Notes: generated from the letters alone by a model not told the origin. Positions 24,401-36,017 are shown, counted from the stretch's first letter. The stretch is 39,642 bases of DNA from Catajapyx aquilonaris (GCA_000934665.2 JYFJ02004334.1:1-39642), one strand, 5' to 3'. Numbers and translations: made by a program.

Positions 24401-27400
24401 TAAATGCCACTGCAATAAGAATCGAAGGAAGTAAGGAAACGCTGAGAATGGAAGACTCAAAAATCACTGCAACTTCCCCCAGCCCCCCTTTATGCCCTTA
24501 CATTCTCCTTCTGCGAAGGCCTCTTCTTCGTAGGTTTCTTTTTTCTTTCTTTCTAATATGGCCAACATGGCCATAATTGCAACCCAGACGATTTTACAGA
24601 AAAGCCTAAATTAAGGCGTCATAGTTGGAGTAATGCCCATTGAAGTATCCGAAACCTATAAGCTGAGATAATGCACTTTTTATTTAATGCTAATTATCTC
24701 AGCAACTATGCGTTGGAGACCCATGTTGCATATAGTCACAGTGATCGCCTAGAACCCCTCTATCATTTCCCAAAGCGACGGCAGATTAAATTTCCGAACC
24801 CTGTATTTTTCGCTCTCATGAGTATCTTAAAAAACCATTCTCAATCTGTCTGAAACTTGTGAGCCACCAGGTACTCCTGTAAACTCAGGAGGCCTTCAGA
24901 AATTTTTTAATGGCTTATAGAAACTCCAGGGTGCTAATAGAAACTCGGTGTAATCTACATGTGGTAGTAATTTTGTCTGAATTTTGCTTGAGAAATTGAA
25001 GTGATTGTGTGTACAAACCTTGACACATCCGATGAGGACTTAGAAATGCCTCATGGTGCAGTTTGACACATGATTATGCATCATCATGCCCGATGCATAG
25101 GCTACTGTATAATGCAGATCAAGGTGCAGTATAGTTTTCAAATCAGTTATGATGTCATTTAAAACACCACTTACCATGGAGGGATTAATCTGAGGCTCTG
25201 AGAGAAATGACAACATTAATATAATCGCATTCCTATAGAACGAAAATAATAAAATGTTTTTGTGCTCGCCACATAATATTACTCGCTGAATATTTTCCAT
25301 GGTATATTTTTCATTGTAACAGCTCTTTTATTTACATGGTAAAAGAGAGAGCATACCTGTATCAACATAATGACTTGACAACTGTGGGTAAACTGTGGCT
25401 CGGATGTTGACGCATTCGCAGTACTTCACGTTGAGAATGCCTGGTAAGTGTGGTACCTCAACAACAGTGCTCTTCTTCTTGAATTGATCATCTGGTGTCT
25501 TCATCACATTCCTGCCAACTCCTGTAAAAGTCCGCGATTATAAATATTCAGAGTAAACAGACTTTGGCTTCACCGCAGACTGAGGGTTGTATATGGTTAT
25601 ACAGTACTTTCTACACGTAAATTACGTGTTCTACTTGAATCCAGAGTATTTTTCACTCTGAATATCTGACTGCAAGATAATTTGATATACCGGTAAGATT
25701 CATTAAGCTTTGATGACTACGGGGACATCCAGAGGCTTTGACCACAAATGTAGGTACTCTACTGTACATACTATTAAAATTATATTATTGTAATCACTGT
25801 AACTAAAGGCTTTCCAGCAATCACATAAAATGTGCAGCAAGCAGCACTGCAACTATACGGAAGCAGCAGGGACAGAATAGCAGGGGGTGGGCCCCAAGAA
25901 CAAAATGTATGCTACATACACAGGACTGAGACTATCAGAAAAATTACTAATACAGATTGTTGCTCATAAGTAGTAACTTAAATGGAGTGTGCTGGGAAAG
26001 GCAAGAGTTGGGCATCCCTGGTGCAACTTTTAGTGGGAAGCTGACAGCAAGTAGATTCAACATCAACAAGTTCCAATGCAGTATCATTCTTCATGCAGAT
26101 TTAGTGTATGGTAGTTAAAATGTGAATATGTACAGTACATGTACGTTTGTTGCAGTACTTAACAAACCAAAACAAAATTAAGAAAATTCATTACCTCTGA
26201 GATAACACTGTGTACACATTGTCCATTTACAGACTAAATCAGAAACTGTTGCAAAATTAGAACTATGAACATTAGCAGAATTTTTGGCTGCCCTTGTTCA
26301 CTTATACTTAAAGCACTGTATCAGTTCATAACACTATGAATACAGCTAATAAAACATCTTAAAACAATAATCATAACACCAATAATATTTTTATATAATT
26401 CTGGTCCTTACCTAGTGAGGTAAGATGGAGGATGATATTTACCAAATATGCCACGCATGCAGTCCTTAAGGATGCTACACCAGCCACTAAACGGCTTAGG
26501 AATTTCGATCTCTGCAGCTACTAAATTCGCATCAGAGGTGGTGAGAGGCACCCTAGACATCTGCCGAGTATACTCGTAGAGATCACTCGGCCTGCCTTGT
26601 ACCAGTCTATGTCCACCAATCTGAACAAACAAAGGCAATATTCATGGCATAGCTTGATGTGTAAATTTATTCACAACAACAGAATACCTGATGAATGATC
26701 TCACGTCGCCCACAAAAGTTGCATGGACCCAGCATGGACTTCAGATAATTGGCAATCTTCAGGTGGAGGTTCCGAACCTGCCTTTCAGGCATGATCTGGA
26801 TGATGTCAGTTGGCATAGATGAATGGGTGAATGCTAGCATGCGACACAATTCCGATCTGGGGCTCCTCTTTCCAGCACCCTTATTTACTTGATAATTATA
26901 ATGAATGCATAACTATTTGTGGATAGTACACAACACCTTGCAATATTTGTGATTATAAAGAACCTTAGTAATAATCAGTACATTTAAATGAATGGAAATT
27001 AATTGTTTACGACAAGCAGCATAGCAAGACACTTGCTAACAGTGTCCTTTATTAGTGTCCAAGCATGCTTGAAAGCTCCACGTTGTTGTAGGTTTGAATC
27101 ACTGTATCTTGAGACACAACCCCAATTCCCTGCCTAGTGTTTCCTTATTGTGCTTTGATTTCCCATTGGTAGTTATGCAGTGTGCTTCAATGGAGTTGTG
27201 CATAGTGGTTAGAATTTATTTATTTTTGCTTATTTTTAAGCAATTACTTTGGAACAGTTACAGTTCAGGTATCTACCATATCAACTTCCTATATTATGAC
27301 GTTAAATGGGTGCACTCCAGTAGGGTCTAGTATTTGCAAAATGAGTCCAACAATATTATTGACATTACGTGCCAGTGTTCAAAAGAAGTTGCTAGTAAAA

Positions 27401-30400
27401 TCTCAAGCTCAGAAATTCATTCTCATTTTAAGGGCCTGAATGAGTGCCACTATTCAATCTAATAGCTAATACTAGGATAATTGCTATAACCTCCTGAGAC
27501 CTGATGTCCAATATATTGGACATCAGGTCTCAGGAGGATAAGCACGTGTTCAAAAGTCATTTCTTAATAATAAGCTGTTTAGTGCCAAAAATCGCTCACC
27601 ACTACAGACATTTTAATAATAACACATGGCATATGTTACTCTTCAGAAGACTTACATCTGGTACACTGCTGATGAGTTGTTCCACTGACCTACCCGGACC
27701 TACCATCTTGTATGTGTGTGTCCTGATTATACTAAACATTATAATAAAGAAAACTTTGGAATATACAGTTCCTAAAAATAATGTTCAAAAGCAATTGCTT
27801 CATTTAAAATTCTATAACAGAAATGGACACCTCAATTTGTACTGTATGTTGGACCACAAGATTATGGTTACCTTCACCTAGATAGATGTTGTCTGTGCAG
27901 TAACATTCAACTGTTGTGCTGTACACTTTCAGTGGTGGTGTGGATGAACACCGAAGGATTTGCATCTCCATAAGTTGAGGTACCACTAGCACAAGACAAA
28001 AATAATTAATTTATAAAGAAGATACAGTACCTTAAAAGAAAATATAGCTGTCCTATACACATACTGTACATATGTATCAACAGTTCAAAAAGAATTGTTC
28101 CTCGCGTCGAGCGGGCAGCCACGCGTCAGGATGAAGGGAACCAGTTAACTGGTTGCTTTCATCCTGACGCGTGGCAATTCTTTTTGGACTGATGATAGGG
28201 TTCAAATACTTTTGGCCACTTTATCCTGGTCTTGAAGCAACCCTTCACACACACACACCTCCTTAACGTGAGGTATGTGCGAAGGGTTGCTTCAAGACCA
28301 GGATAAAGTGGCTAAAAGTATTTGAACCCGATAGTACATTACAATTCCCATTTAAGTATTATCAATCTATTTTTCCATCTCTCAACCTCACCTTCCAATG
28401 CTTGTTATTCAGCTATACGTGTGATTGATTCATAACTTCAACTGTTCAAATGCATGTATAATCTGAAGATTTTTTTTTCATTGCCCCACTTAGGGAGCTA
28501 CTTACTCCTTGGGGGGGGGGGTGGATTACCACCATCGGGATTTATTGGAGAGTATTAAGAAGGATCTGCTTTCAAAGTAACAACTTTTGCAACCGTATGT
28601 CAGAGCAATTTGTAACCTAAATTTCTACCACTACTATATTTTATATGTTTCTGTAACTAACAAAAAACTTAAGGAGGTTCATTTAAGAAAGAAATTGCTA
28701 AAGAGGGCTTCAAACTGCCAGTATAAATCAGAAAAAATTAATGAGTAACATCACAGTCAAGGGTACTGCATTCAAAATGGTCCCATTTCTTTGATACGAA
28801 TGAAGAGCCGGTTGTATCAACTTTTTCTCTCAAAGACTAGTTGTATTGTGAATACATCTATATTATCAAAAATTTCCCTTGATTTGTTTATACAACCACA
28901 CATTTAAAAACATCAATGTACTAGTACACTAGATTAATTAATCAATATCATATACCTTCAGCCAGCTTATCAGAGGAGATATCTGGTTCAATCTTAGGCA
29001 CCATCAATGGATCAAACTGATTTCCAATTACAGCCGCACACTTCAGAAGCAGCCGCTGCCATTCGCTCATATGATCATACATGATCATCCAAGCATCTGC
29101 ATTTAATATTTTTTTGACTCGACTTATTTGTAATGAAAAAAATACACCAGCTAAAAGTTTTGTGTTACCTACCAGAATGTCCATCACTTATCAGGTCATA
29201 CAACTTTGTAAGAATTGGGGTCCTACTTGCTGAACTGTCAGAGGAGCTGCCACCATCACAATATTGTATTTCACGAATTTCCTGTGCAAATGACATCAAA
29301 AGTTCAAAAATTCAGTCAACTTATACTTATAATAACTAACATTCGATAGAAAATGAATGAATTACAAATTTTCTTTGAATTATCAACATGGGCCATCTGA
29401 ATCATTTTCGGTCATGATTTTTTGACCCAAATGTATGGCATTTTCACATACTGTACCTAAGGAAACTATTTTATGCTCACTAATATCTGTAGTTGTCTTT
29501 AAAATACACCTTTAGTTGGCATTGTTCAGCTTCAAAAAGATCGTTTAGGTTTATTCACACCAATTTATTCCATACACCTATTTGTAGCTTTGTACAGCGT
29601 TTTACACTGCCTAAATTGACACCTCCAACAATATTATGGTACAAGGTAAAATATTATGGTACAAGGTAAAATATTATGGCATAGATACTCACTGAGTAGT
29701 GCATATACATTTTCACTGGCAAATCCTGTTGTGCATAATTATATTGGAGTGGATTGTGAATGCATGACTGGAGTGAGTAACTCATCATGTTTTACCCTGC
29801 CTCATTGTTGGAGGTGTTTACTTAGGCAGTGTACCATTATGTATAGTCTCATCAATTTTCATGCAATTGGTGGGATGTTTACAATTTCGTTCTGAAGCTG
29901 ATCAATGTTAGTGTACATAAATGGTTATTTCGTAAAGACAATCACTGATATTAGTGAGCTTAAGAGAGTTTGTTTAAAGTAGGTGTAGGTGGAACAGCCG
30001 ACATTAATTTTTACAAAGTAACAATACAATCATGAAGGCTACAAGTCTACAACATTGCCACACTACAAGGAAGAGTGATATTGGCACTTTTGCACTTCAC
30101 TTCAGGGGGGTAGATGATCCAAAGAGAAAGTAACTCTGCTAGAGTAAGAGGGAACAGCTCAGCCTTCAACATATTGTGATCCAACCCTGTAATTTCAGTT
30201 CATATAAGGCCTCTCCAGTATATTATGCTACTCTTGGGCATGAAAGATACATATTTCTGAATATTAATATTAGGACCTGACCTTTGTTGTGCTGAAAATC
30301 TTCCGTATCCTGATCTCATGTCTACCTAGCATGAGATAGAGCTCGTGAAGGAACATCCCTGGAAAACCTTTGCTACGGTCCATGAGATAAGACACTAGTC

Positions 30401-33400
30401 TTTGTTCCAGGCGAGTAACAACTATACTGTTACAGGCCATGGTGACACACTGGGCAGAATCTAAGGCTTTCAAGCGCATTCTGACAACATCATGATGCTG
30501 CAGGAAGTAGTGGGCTGTTCTAGGCAGCATATTATCCTCATAGCATGCGACCATAGTAATTACCAAAAGGACATTCGGACTGAAAAGGGCGCATCCGCAG
30601 CCTTCACGAAAAAGTGACAGAAAGAAGTCCCATGAATAGGAGTCCATCTGATGAGCATCCTCCAGAAAGATCAATATACGTTGTCGTGTGCCAAAACCCT
30701 GATTGATAGAGAATAACTATTACAGTTGGATAAAATGTAAGTATGAAGTCATTCATAAAACTTGCAAGAATTCATCACTTTACTCATTAACTATTAAATG
30801 TGATTTTTTGAAGTAGTTTCACCAATATTGATATGAAGCTTTTCTGACTCACCTCCTTAAAAAGCTTGACAAGTAGATCTCTAGCATGAGCACAGTAAGT
30901 CTCATAGGACATCTGCCTGACCATTTCAGTCATGTAAGTCTCAACTCCAAATATGTTACAGAGCACACAAAAGCTATCTCTATCAGTCTGATCCGCAAAG
31001 GTCGTGAATAGGTAATCTCCCAGCTCCCCTTTGGCTCTGATTTCATTCATGGAACACATCTGTTCCACCATGTTCCTGATCCTAGAAAATGGCTGCCTCA
31101 TGCCAGTGGTGGCTGGTACATACACTACATGCAACCTCTCGAATAGCTCTGCCTCCTTGCGCATCTTCAGAAGTAGAGATCTCATGCCCATACCTGTCTC
31201 ACCTTCTATTACGCATGCTACGTATTTCTTCTTTATCTCGTTTGACAGAGACTTGAGAAGTTTGGAAAACTGATTCAGCTCTGCATCTCTTCCTACCAGT
31301 ATGTTACAGGTCCGTTCCATAAGTTTTACCTCATCATCTACACCCACATACTCAAACACTTCACCATTCACACGAGCTCCCTGAAAAGTGATTGTGTTTT
31401 AAACCTACGTATATACACATGTATCTGGTGAGGACAACAAAAAATTATCTTTATTTGTTAGGAAGCATCAATTTTTCTTACAAAGTATTAAATATTCTCA
31501 GAGACATCCATATTCAGTCAAAGATTTACCCAGTCTCCCCGGACCCTTCTGCCAAGATTACAGCCACCCACATACTGTAAGCACATACTGGTGCACACAA
31601 TAATTATACAAATCGTGTTGGTTAACTACAGCAACAACAAAAAATCATTTTCCTTGCGTAAATACCTTTAAGTCCTGCTTGTTAATAGTCGTGAAGTTAC
31701 TTCGAGGGAGAAAGGATCCAAGAAAGGTATCCTCCTCTAGGATAATCTTCCCAGCATAGGATGCACGACTCATCAGGCGAGAGGCCAGGTTCACCTTAGC
31801 ACCAATCACTGTGTACTCATGCCTGAGGGCATGACCTACCACCCCACAAAACACCATGCCTGTAAAAATATCACACCACCCGCACCCCAAGGATTTTAGT
31901 CATGTACAGTACAGTGATGAAAACTATAGACTATTATTTTTTAATATACTGGTGTTCCAAGTGTATTAGTATGCCTACTTTTAGTTGTAAAAGTTATAAG
32001 AAATTTCGCTCGAAGAGTGTTATTTTTGTGTAGCGTGTTGCGACCATATTAGACCACCTGATAGTAATGAGGCTCCTGGATCAGGGGGCGCAACGAGCTA
32101 CACAAAAAATAACACTACTTCGGACGATATTAATGATAACTAAAAATCAACCACGAACTTACGTAAACTTGGAACACCCTGTATTAGTACGAATGTGAAT
32201 TTTTCCAGTTGTAGCCTACATTTTAGAGTGTCAATATGTTTCATAATATGCAGTAGTAACTTCTGGACGCGCATTCTACAGTAGGATATCAGTAGATCTG
32301 CAAAATCTACTGTTTACATAATCCTGCCGGAAAAAGGTTTATAACTTCTTAGAACTACAGAATCGGTATTTAAAAATCCAGCTAATGTCAAGTGAGCCAT
32401 AAAAGTCAGCATTATAAAATCCCTTTACCATGCATTACACAAGCAAACTCTAGCCCAGAAGTAAAAAATACCGGGTATATCTGGATGATTACGACCCAAA
32501 ACTAAAAATTTAGTTCACAAAATTGGTTTATCATACTAGGTTTATGGCATTGCGGAGATAAAGATTCCAATCATTTTTCTGAACGTATTTTTAAAACGTT
32601 AATTTCAATATGGGACCCCCACCTTTTTATTAGAAATGGCAATATACTGTACGATCCCAGTCCATATGGTTTGTAGCCTATCATGCTGGCCTCGCCATAT
32701 TTGGTGAAATTCAACAATATTATTGCCGGAATCGTGGAAATCAAAACCGCGCTATGTTGCATTTTCAAGATTTGCGAATCTCGACCTCATTGAGCGAAGC
32801 CTATAATAACGAAAATACGGATCGCACATGCATGATATTGGTATCCACGGAAAGATTTGCCGAAACTGCCGACATACCACGTGGTCCGACCCCCGCGAGT
32901 TTAACGACGACTGAATGGCAAGCGACAGTTGGACCCCCCNGCTCGTAGCTCAAGAAGGAGCCGTACAGTGGGAGGCAGTAGTACACACCCCCCCCCCCCC
33001 ACTTGCAACATACCCCGACCATAGCGCGGTTTTACGTTCCATAAAATATCTAATGAAAGGAAGCGCATGGAATCTGCTAAACTGCTGGGTTCCCGATTTC
33101 TTCGGTCCAGTGGGACATGATGCGGTGTTCTAAATACGTAGAAGTGTGTCGCATATTACCGCCCGTGTTCTTGGTCTGATAATGTATGTCGGCATTATGA
33201 ATTTCTCTAACAAGTGTAACGTACTTGGCACACATGTTCCCTAGGCCTGTAAGAGCCATTATTTTGAGAGTTGGCGGCACCTGATCTGCCCCTTAGGTCA
33301 CGAGTTATGCGGTGTTGCCAACCTGGTCCGAGACCTATGAGCGTGTTGTGTGGAAATCAAAACCGCGCTATGTTTTTAGGGCCTCTGCGGGGGGGGGGGG

Positions 33401-36017
33401 GTGTCCAACTGTCGCTTGCCATTCAGTCGTCGTTCAACTGGGGTCGGACCACGTGGTATGTCGACAGTTTCGGCAAATCTTTCCCTGGATACCAATATCA
33501 CGTATGTGCGATCCGTATTTTCGTTATTATAGGCTTCATTCAATAAGGTCTTGAAAATGCAACATAGAGAGGTTTTGATTTCCACGATTCAATTATAGGC
33601 TATACATGAGGCAAATGTTAATACCAGTGGCCATCCCAATGGTGACATTCCTTACGCCAGGCACCTTTTCTTGCACATGGGTCCTAATCCTGAGGGCTGC
33701 TCTGAGCGAGTCAGCACACTCCCCTGAATGTTTGAAGGTGGGCAATCCAAAAACTACCAAGAACGTTATCCCTTTCCGGAAAGTGCTCATCTTGTTTAGG
33801 CACCCCTGGTAAATTTGACATGATCTGATCAACGAACTTTTCAAGTCAGAATCTGCCACTATTAGTCACTCACTCAATGACAATCTCGAAAGCTTTCTGG
33901 ATAGCAGTAAGAAATGATTTCTCATCGTCTACTTCCACTCCAATGAACAGAATGGTCATATTTCTTATCTCTACAAACATCCGCAAGGACTGTTGTTCAT
34001 CTATCTTCCTGAGCACTGGCTGGTTCACAAACAGGCGCAAATAAGGCTCCAAAATTTTGGCCTGGTCCTTCTTGATGCTTGTGCGAATTAGTCCTTCAGC
34101 CTGTATTTTCGCTGCCTCCTGTTCGTAATTCCTTAAGTTTACGACCTGGAATGCATTTCAAATTTATTCAAAAATCGAAGTTCTTCGGCTGTGAATTCAA
34201 GCAGCGACTAGACCTTAATGAGTTCACGTCCACGAGTTTCATAAACTAGGTCTGTGTCACGGCAATGTATCCATGCCCCTGAGGACATTACTACCTCCCC
34301 AGAGTTGCAGATTCGTTCTGCTTGTTCCACATCCTCAACAGCTTTTCCCGACAGGAGGAAGTGGCAGGCCACACCCTTTACACCAAAGTACAAAATCTGA
34401 AAGTCGCCTGCAGATACACCCACTTTGACTGAAACAGTGCAAACCATTTGTGACATAAAACTCGAACAATTAAAAATCCAAACCATATTATCAAACAACA
34501 AGGCAAAAAGGATTTTACTGTAAGTTATGATAGTAAGGCACATTGCAATCTGAATCCCCATCCGGTGACACAAAATAGGAAAGTGCTAAATCACAAATAT
34601 CAACAACTCTGACAAGCAGTAATATAAGGGTTTAAAGTGATACAATTTAATTCAATGTACTCACTTCTGATTCTGAAGGTTGATCCAGGCATGGATGTCT
34701 GGATGTTACCATGAATGGCCATTGCGCAATACACTGCCTTGAGGATCTGCGACCTCATGTTACTCTCTTGTGAGACCTCCCATATGGTGAAGAGGGCATC
34801 CCCTTGAAAGTGAACTATGTCTCCCTTGCACCTGAGGATGGTGTCTACCACTGGCTTCAAGCAGGCATCCAAATATTCTGAGAGAAACTCTGACCCATCC
34901 CTCCCTTTTATATCATGAAACTTTTCTCCTATTGTTGTAAATCCTAGTATGTCCATGAACATCACCACACCTCGCATAGGCTTTATACATGGGTACTGGG
35001 ATATTACACGACAGTGGTTAATCACGGCATCGGGAAGGTGTCGGGCCAGTCTGCAGTATCTGTGCGCTTCTGTATCACACGAATTTATAGACAAACTGAA
35101 AAAGAGTTATTAATAATTTTTTAAAATAACTGAAAGATCCCATCGAAGTACCTGTAGTAGTTAGCAATATTTGAAACCAAGTTTCTTCTTAGAGTTACAT
35201 GTGAACGGTTACAGGGCCAATAAACTGCCAATATCAGGTTGAATGGAGGGCAAGTCTGTGACGTTAAGGTGCCTGGGTTGTTTATTAGCATGTAATATAT
35301 TGGTTAATATCATATCGCTATGGAGCCTTCAATGTGCCAAATTGTCAAAAGCAGCGGGGCAGGTCATCAAGTCTGTTTGTGTAACCGCTTATTCTTCTTT
35401 TTATAATGCATGACAACACCCGAAACCGAAAGACAGAACGCAACTATGTAATAATAACCTGACTATGGCACAAACATGTCAAACTTTAATTGATTAATAA
35501 TGGTTACCCTATATGACATGCCTTTTGATGGTCATCATTTAAATACCAGACTTTATTCTGTTGCTGCACTGTGACGGATTTTGACTGTGTAAGAAAACAT
35601 CCTGAGAAAACCCACAGGAGCAAAGGCCGAATCCATCGGCACGCTTTCCATGTGAGAAATTCTTCTGTCCGACCAGGAGATCGAACTGGGGACCTCATAG
35701 GTGGAAGGCCGCAACATTTCTAAATATTGTGTAACGTGCTTCAACAATTTTGGCAGCCTCCTTATATCACTAATCACTATGTAGGATCAAGAATATTCAA
35801 GTATATGTATTCCAAATTACCAGGAATCCTGGGTACTTTCTTCAATGGACTCTTCGCTTATGGAATCTTGTCTACTGAGCCCAAAATGGTAACGATAGTC
35901 GAACAGTTCCTGAACTTCTCCTTCCACTGAGGCATTGCTTAACGACCTGTCGCTCTCGTCAAACCCCCAAGTCACTCTCAGCTCCGGTTTCGGATCTTCT
36001 TCATCAATCTCATCCAT
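15117..36017 (-). CDS. ADCY10: Soluble adenylyl cyclase (adenylate cyclase type 10)-like, about 1820 aa: C1+C2 cyclase domains, STAND P-loop domain, helical/TPR-like C-terminus
   Basis: Exons 5'->3': 35821-36017, 35616-35769, 35508-35563, 34665-35095, 34214-34428, 33874-34145, 33625-33824, 31666-31859, 30853-31380, 30282-30698, 29169-29281, 28956-29122, 27872-27985, 27656-27699, 26688-26879, 26443-26620, 25357-25521, 22880-22992, 21400-21857, 19726-20080, 18051-18709, 15315-15423, 15117-15248. All are GT-AG and phase-compatible. Motifs: MFMDILGFT, GDIVHFQGDAL, RIKVG, NKMSTFRKG..FLVVFGLP, RHEYTVIGAKVNLASRLM, LVGRDAEL, FLEDAHQMD, LLKCAAVIG. The first three exons and 27656-27699 are less certain. 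Confidence 0.92.
15730..16067. mobile_element. pogo/Tigger-like MITE
   Basis: TA|caggtagtccc...ggggactacctg|TA. Confidence 0.85.
16072..17632 (-). mobile_element. Decayed full-length maT/DD37D (Bmmar1-like) transposon
   Basis: TIRs cccagtcctgccataagttct / agaatttatggcatgactagg with TA flanks. Frameshifted transposase fragments NRVALIALHK, DKPRAGRPR, QQDSAPA and NLNPLDYLLWTKLEERAC match recalled Bmmar1 motifs. Confidence 0.87.
16554..16839. mobile_element. PIF/Harbinger MITE nested in the maT element
   Basis: TAA|aggcgtctgcacacgagccacgaattcgtggc...gccacgaattcgtggctcgtgtgcagacgcct|TAA; removal restores DILEKVGKPLN. Confidence 0.9.
18051..18709 (-). CDS. ADCY10: ADCY10-like exon (TPR-like)
   Basis: SLGLWYSRRKQW...CPLFRPRYMHLEAY; ttcacag acceptor, AG|gttagt donor. 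Confidence 0.87.
18764..18937. mobile_element. pogo/Tigger-like MITE, degenerate
   Basis: TA|cagtcgactccggat...atctgaagtcgactc|TA. Confidence 0.7.
18960..19114. repeat. Small IR element with about 15-bp subterminal tandem repeats
   Basis: cataataccgaaag-like units on the left, ttttcccgtcggta-like units on the right in inverted orientation. Confidence 0.5.
19245..19525 (-). mobile_element. tRNA-derived SINE with Deu/Nin-like core
   Basis: Minus strand: A box TGGACTAGTGG, B box GGTTAGAACCC, core ccttcggaggggaagtaaagccgttggtcccgtgt...gcacgttaaagatccc. Confidence 0.8.
19726..20080 (-). CDS. ADCY10: ADCY10-like exon
   Basis: atttacag acceptor, CAT|gtaagc donor; lies within ORF 19660-20175. Confidence 0.8.
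20128..20487 (+). mobile_element. tRNA-derived SINE
   Basis: A box TGGCGCTGCGG, B box GGTTCGATCCC, (TTG)n tail, probable TSD tgttacaaaagt/tgttacaagagt. Confidence 0.82.
21400..21857 (-). CDS. ADCY10: ADCY10-like exon
   Basis: KALKLFGQPFP motif; cgcag acceptor, AA|gtcagt donor. Confidence 0.8.
21923..22353 (+). mobile_element. Non-autonomous Helitron
   Basis: A|TC start, (GTCT)n-like tract, hairpin acccgagcaacgccgggt at 22326-22343, CTAG|T end. Confidence 0.82.
22880..22992 (-). CDS. ADCY10: ADCY10-like exon (helical repeat)
   Basis: caacag acceptor, CAG|gtgagt donor; phase-compatible. Confidence 0.8.
25357..25521 (-). CDS. ADCY10: ADCY10-like exon
   Basis: ttttacag acceptor, G|gtatgc donor; YCECVNIRATVYPQLSSHY. 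Absent from the ORF track. Confidence 0.82.
26443..26879 (-). CDS. ADCY10: ADCY10-like exons 26688-26879 and 26443-26620
   Basis: LAFTHSSM..RNLHLKIANYL..CNFCG resembles the recalled sAC HLKCARFL..CDHC. Confidence 0.8.
27656..27985 (-). CDS. ADCY10: ADCY10-like exons 27872-27985 and (tentative) 27656-27699
   Basis: LMEMQILRC..VECYC; phases compatible. The second exon has a weak acceptor. Confidence 0.6.
28075..28333. repeat. Two abutting palindromic mini-elements
   Basis: Hairpin 1, 28075-28197 (tatcaacagttcaaaaagaattg/caattctttttggactgatgata); hairpin 2, 28198-28329 (gggttcaaatac.../...gtatttgaaccc). Confidence 0.85.
28956..29281 (-). CDS. ADCY10: ADCY10-like exons 29169-29281 and 28956-29122
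   Basis: YDHMSEWQRLLLKCAAVIGNQF, typical of the STAND winged-helix region; 46-nt intron between the exons. Confidence 0.8.
29605..29831. mobile_element. Tc1/mariner-type MITE
   Basis: TA|cactgcctaa..acacctccaacaat / attgttggaggtgt..ttaggcagtg|TA; internal 20-bp tandem duplication at 29631-29670. Confidence 0.82.
30282..30698 (-). CDS. ADCY10: ADCY10-like exon, Walker B to GxP motif
   Basis: LIFLEDAHQMDSYSW...RSKGFPGMF. Confidence 0.9.
30853..31380 (-). CDS. ADCY10: ADCY10-like exon, P-loop region
   Basis: LVGRDAEL...VIEGETGMGMRSLL; GAG|gtgagt donor. Confidence 0.9.
31666..31859 (-). CDS. ADCY10: ADCY10-like exon, C2 catalytic N/R motif
   Basis: GMVFCGVVGHALRHEYTVIGAKVNLASRLM. Confidence 0.93.
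31949..32181. mobile_element. Tc1/mariner-type MITE
   Basis: TA|ctggtgttccaagt...acttggaacaccctg|TA; inner IR gtgttatttttgtgtagc. Confidence 0.8.
32729..33590. mobile_element. Non-autonomous element with about 200-bp TIRs
   Basis: gaatcgtggaaatcaaaacc...gttggacccccc (32729-32939) pairs with 33389-33590; TSD not evident. Confidence 0.82.
33625..33824 (-). CDS. ADCY10: ADCY10-like exon, C2
   Basis: YQGCLNKMSTFRKGITFLVVFGLP...VTIGMATG. Confidence 0.9.
33874..34145 (-). CDS. ADCY10: ADCY10-like exon, linker and C2 start
   Basis: LRLFVNQPVLRKIDEQQSL..EIRNMTILFI. Confidence 0.9.
34214..34428 (-). CDS. ADCY10: ADCY10-like exon, C1 second half
   Basis: IKVGVSAGD...GKAVEDVEQAE..GEVVMSSGAW. Confidence 0.9.
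34665..35095 (-). CDS. ADCY10: ADCY10-like exon, C1 catalytic domain
   Basis: LARHLPD, GVVMFMDILGFT, GDIVHFQGDALF; ctttttcag acceptor, A|gtgagt donor. Confidence 0.93.
35508..36017 (-). CDS. ADCY10: Putative first three coding exons of ADCY10-like (acidic N-terminal extension)
   Basis: ATG at 36017 downstream of a tttttttacag acceptor; MDEIDEEDPKPELRVTWGF...; 51- and 52-nt introns give a continuous frame into the C1 exon. Confidence 0.55.
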
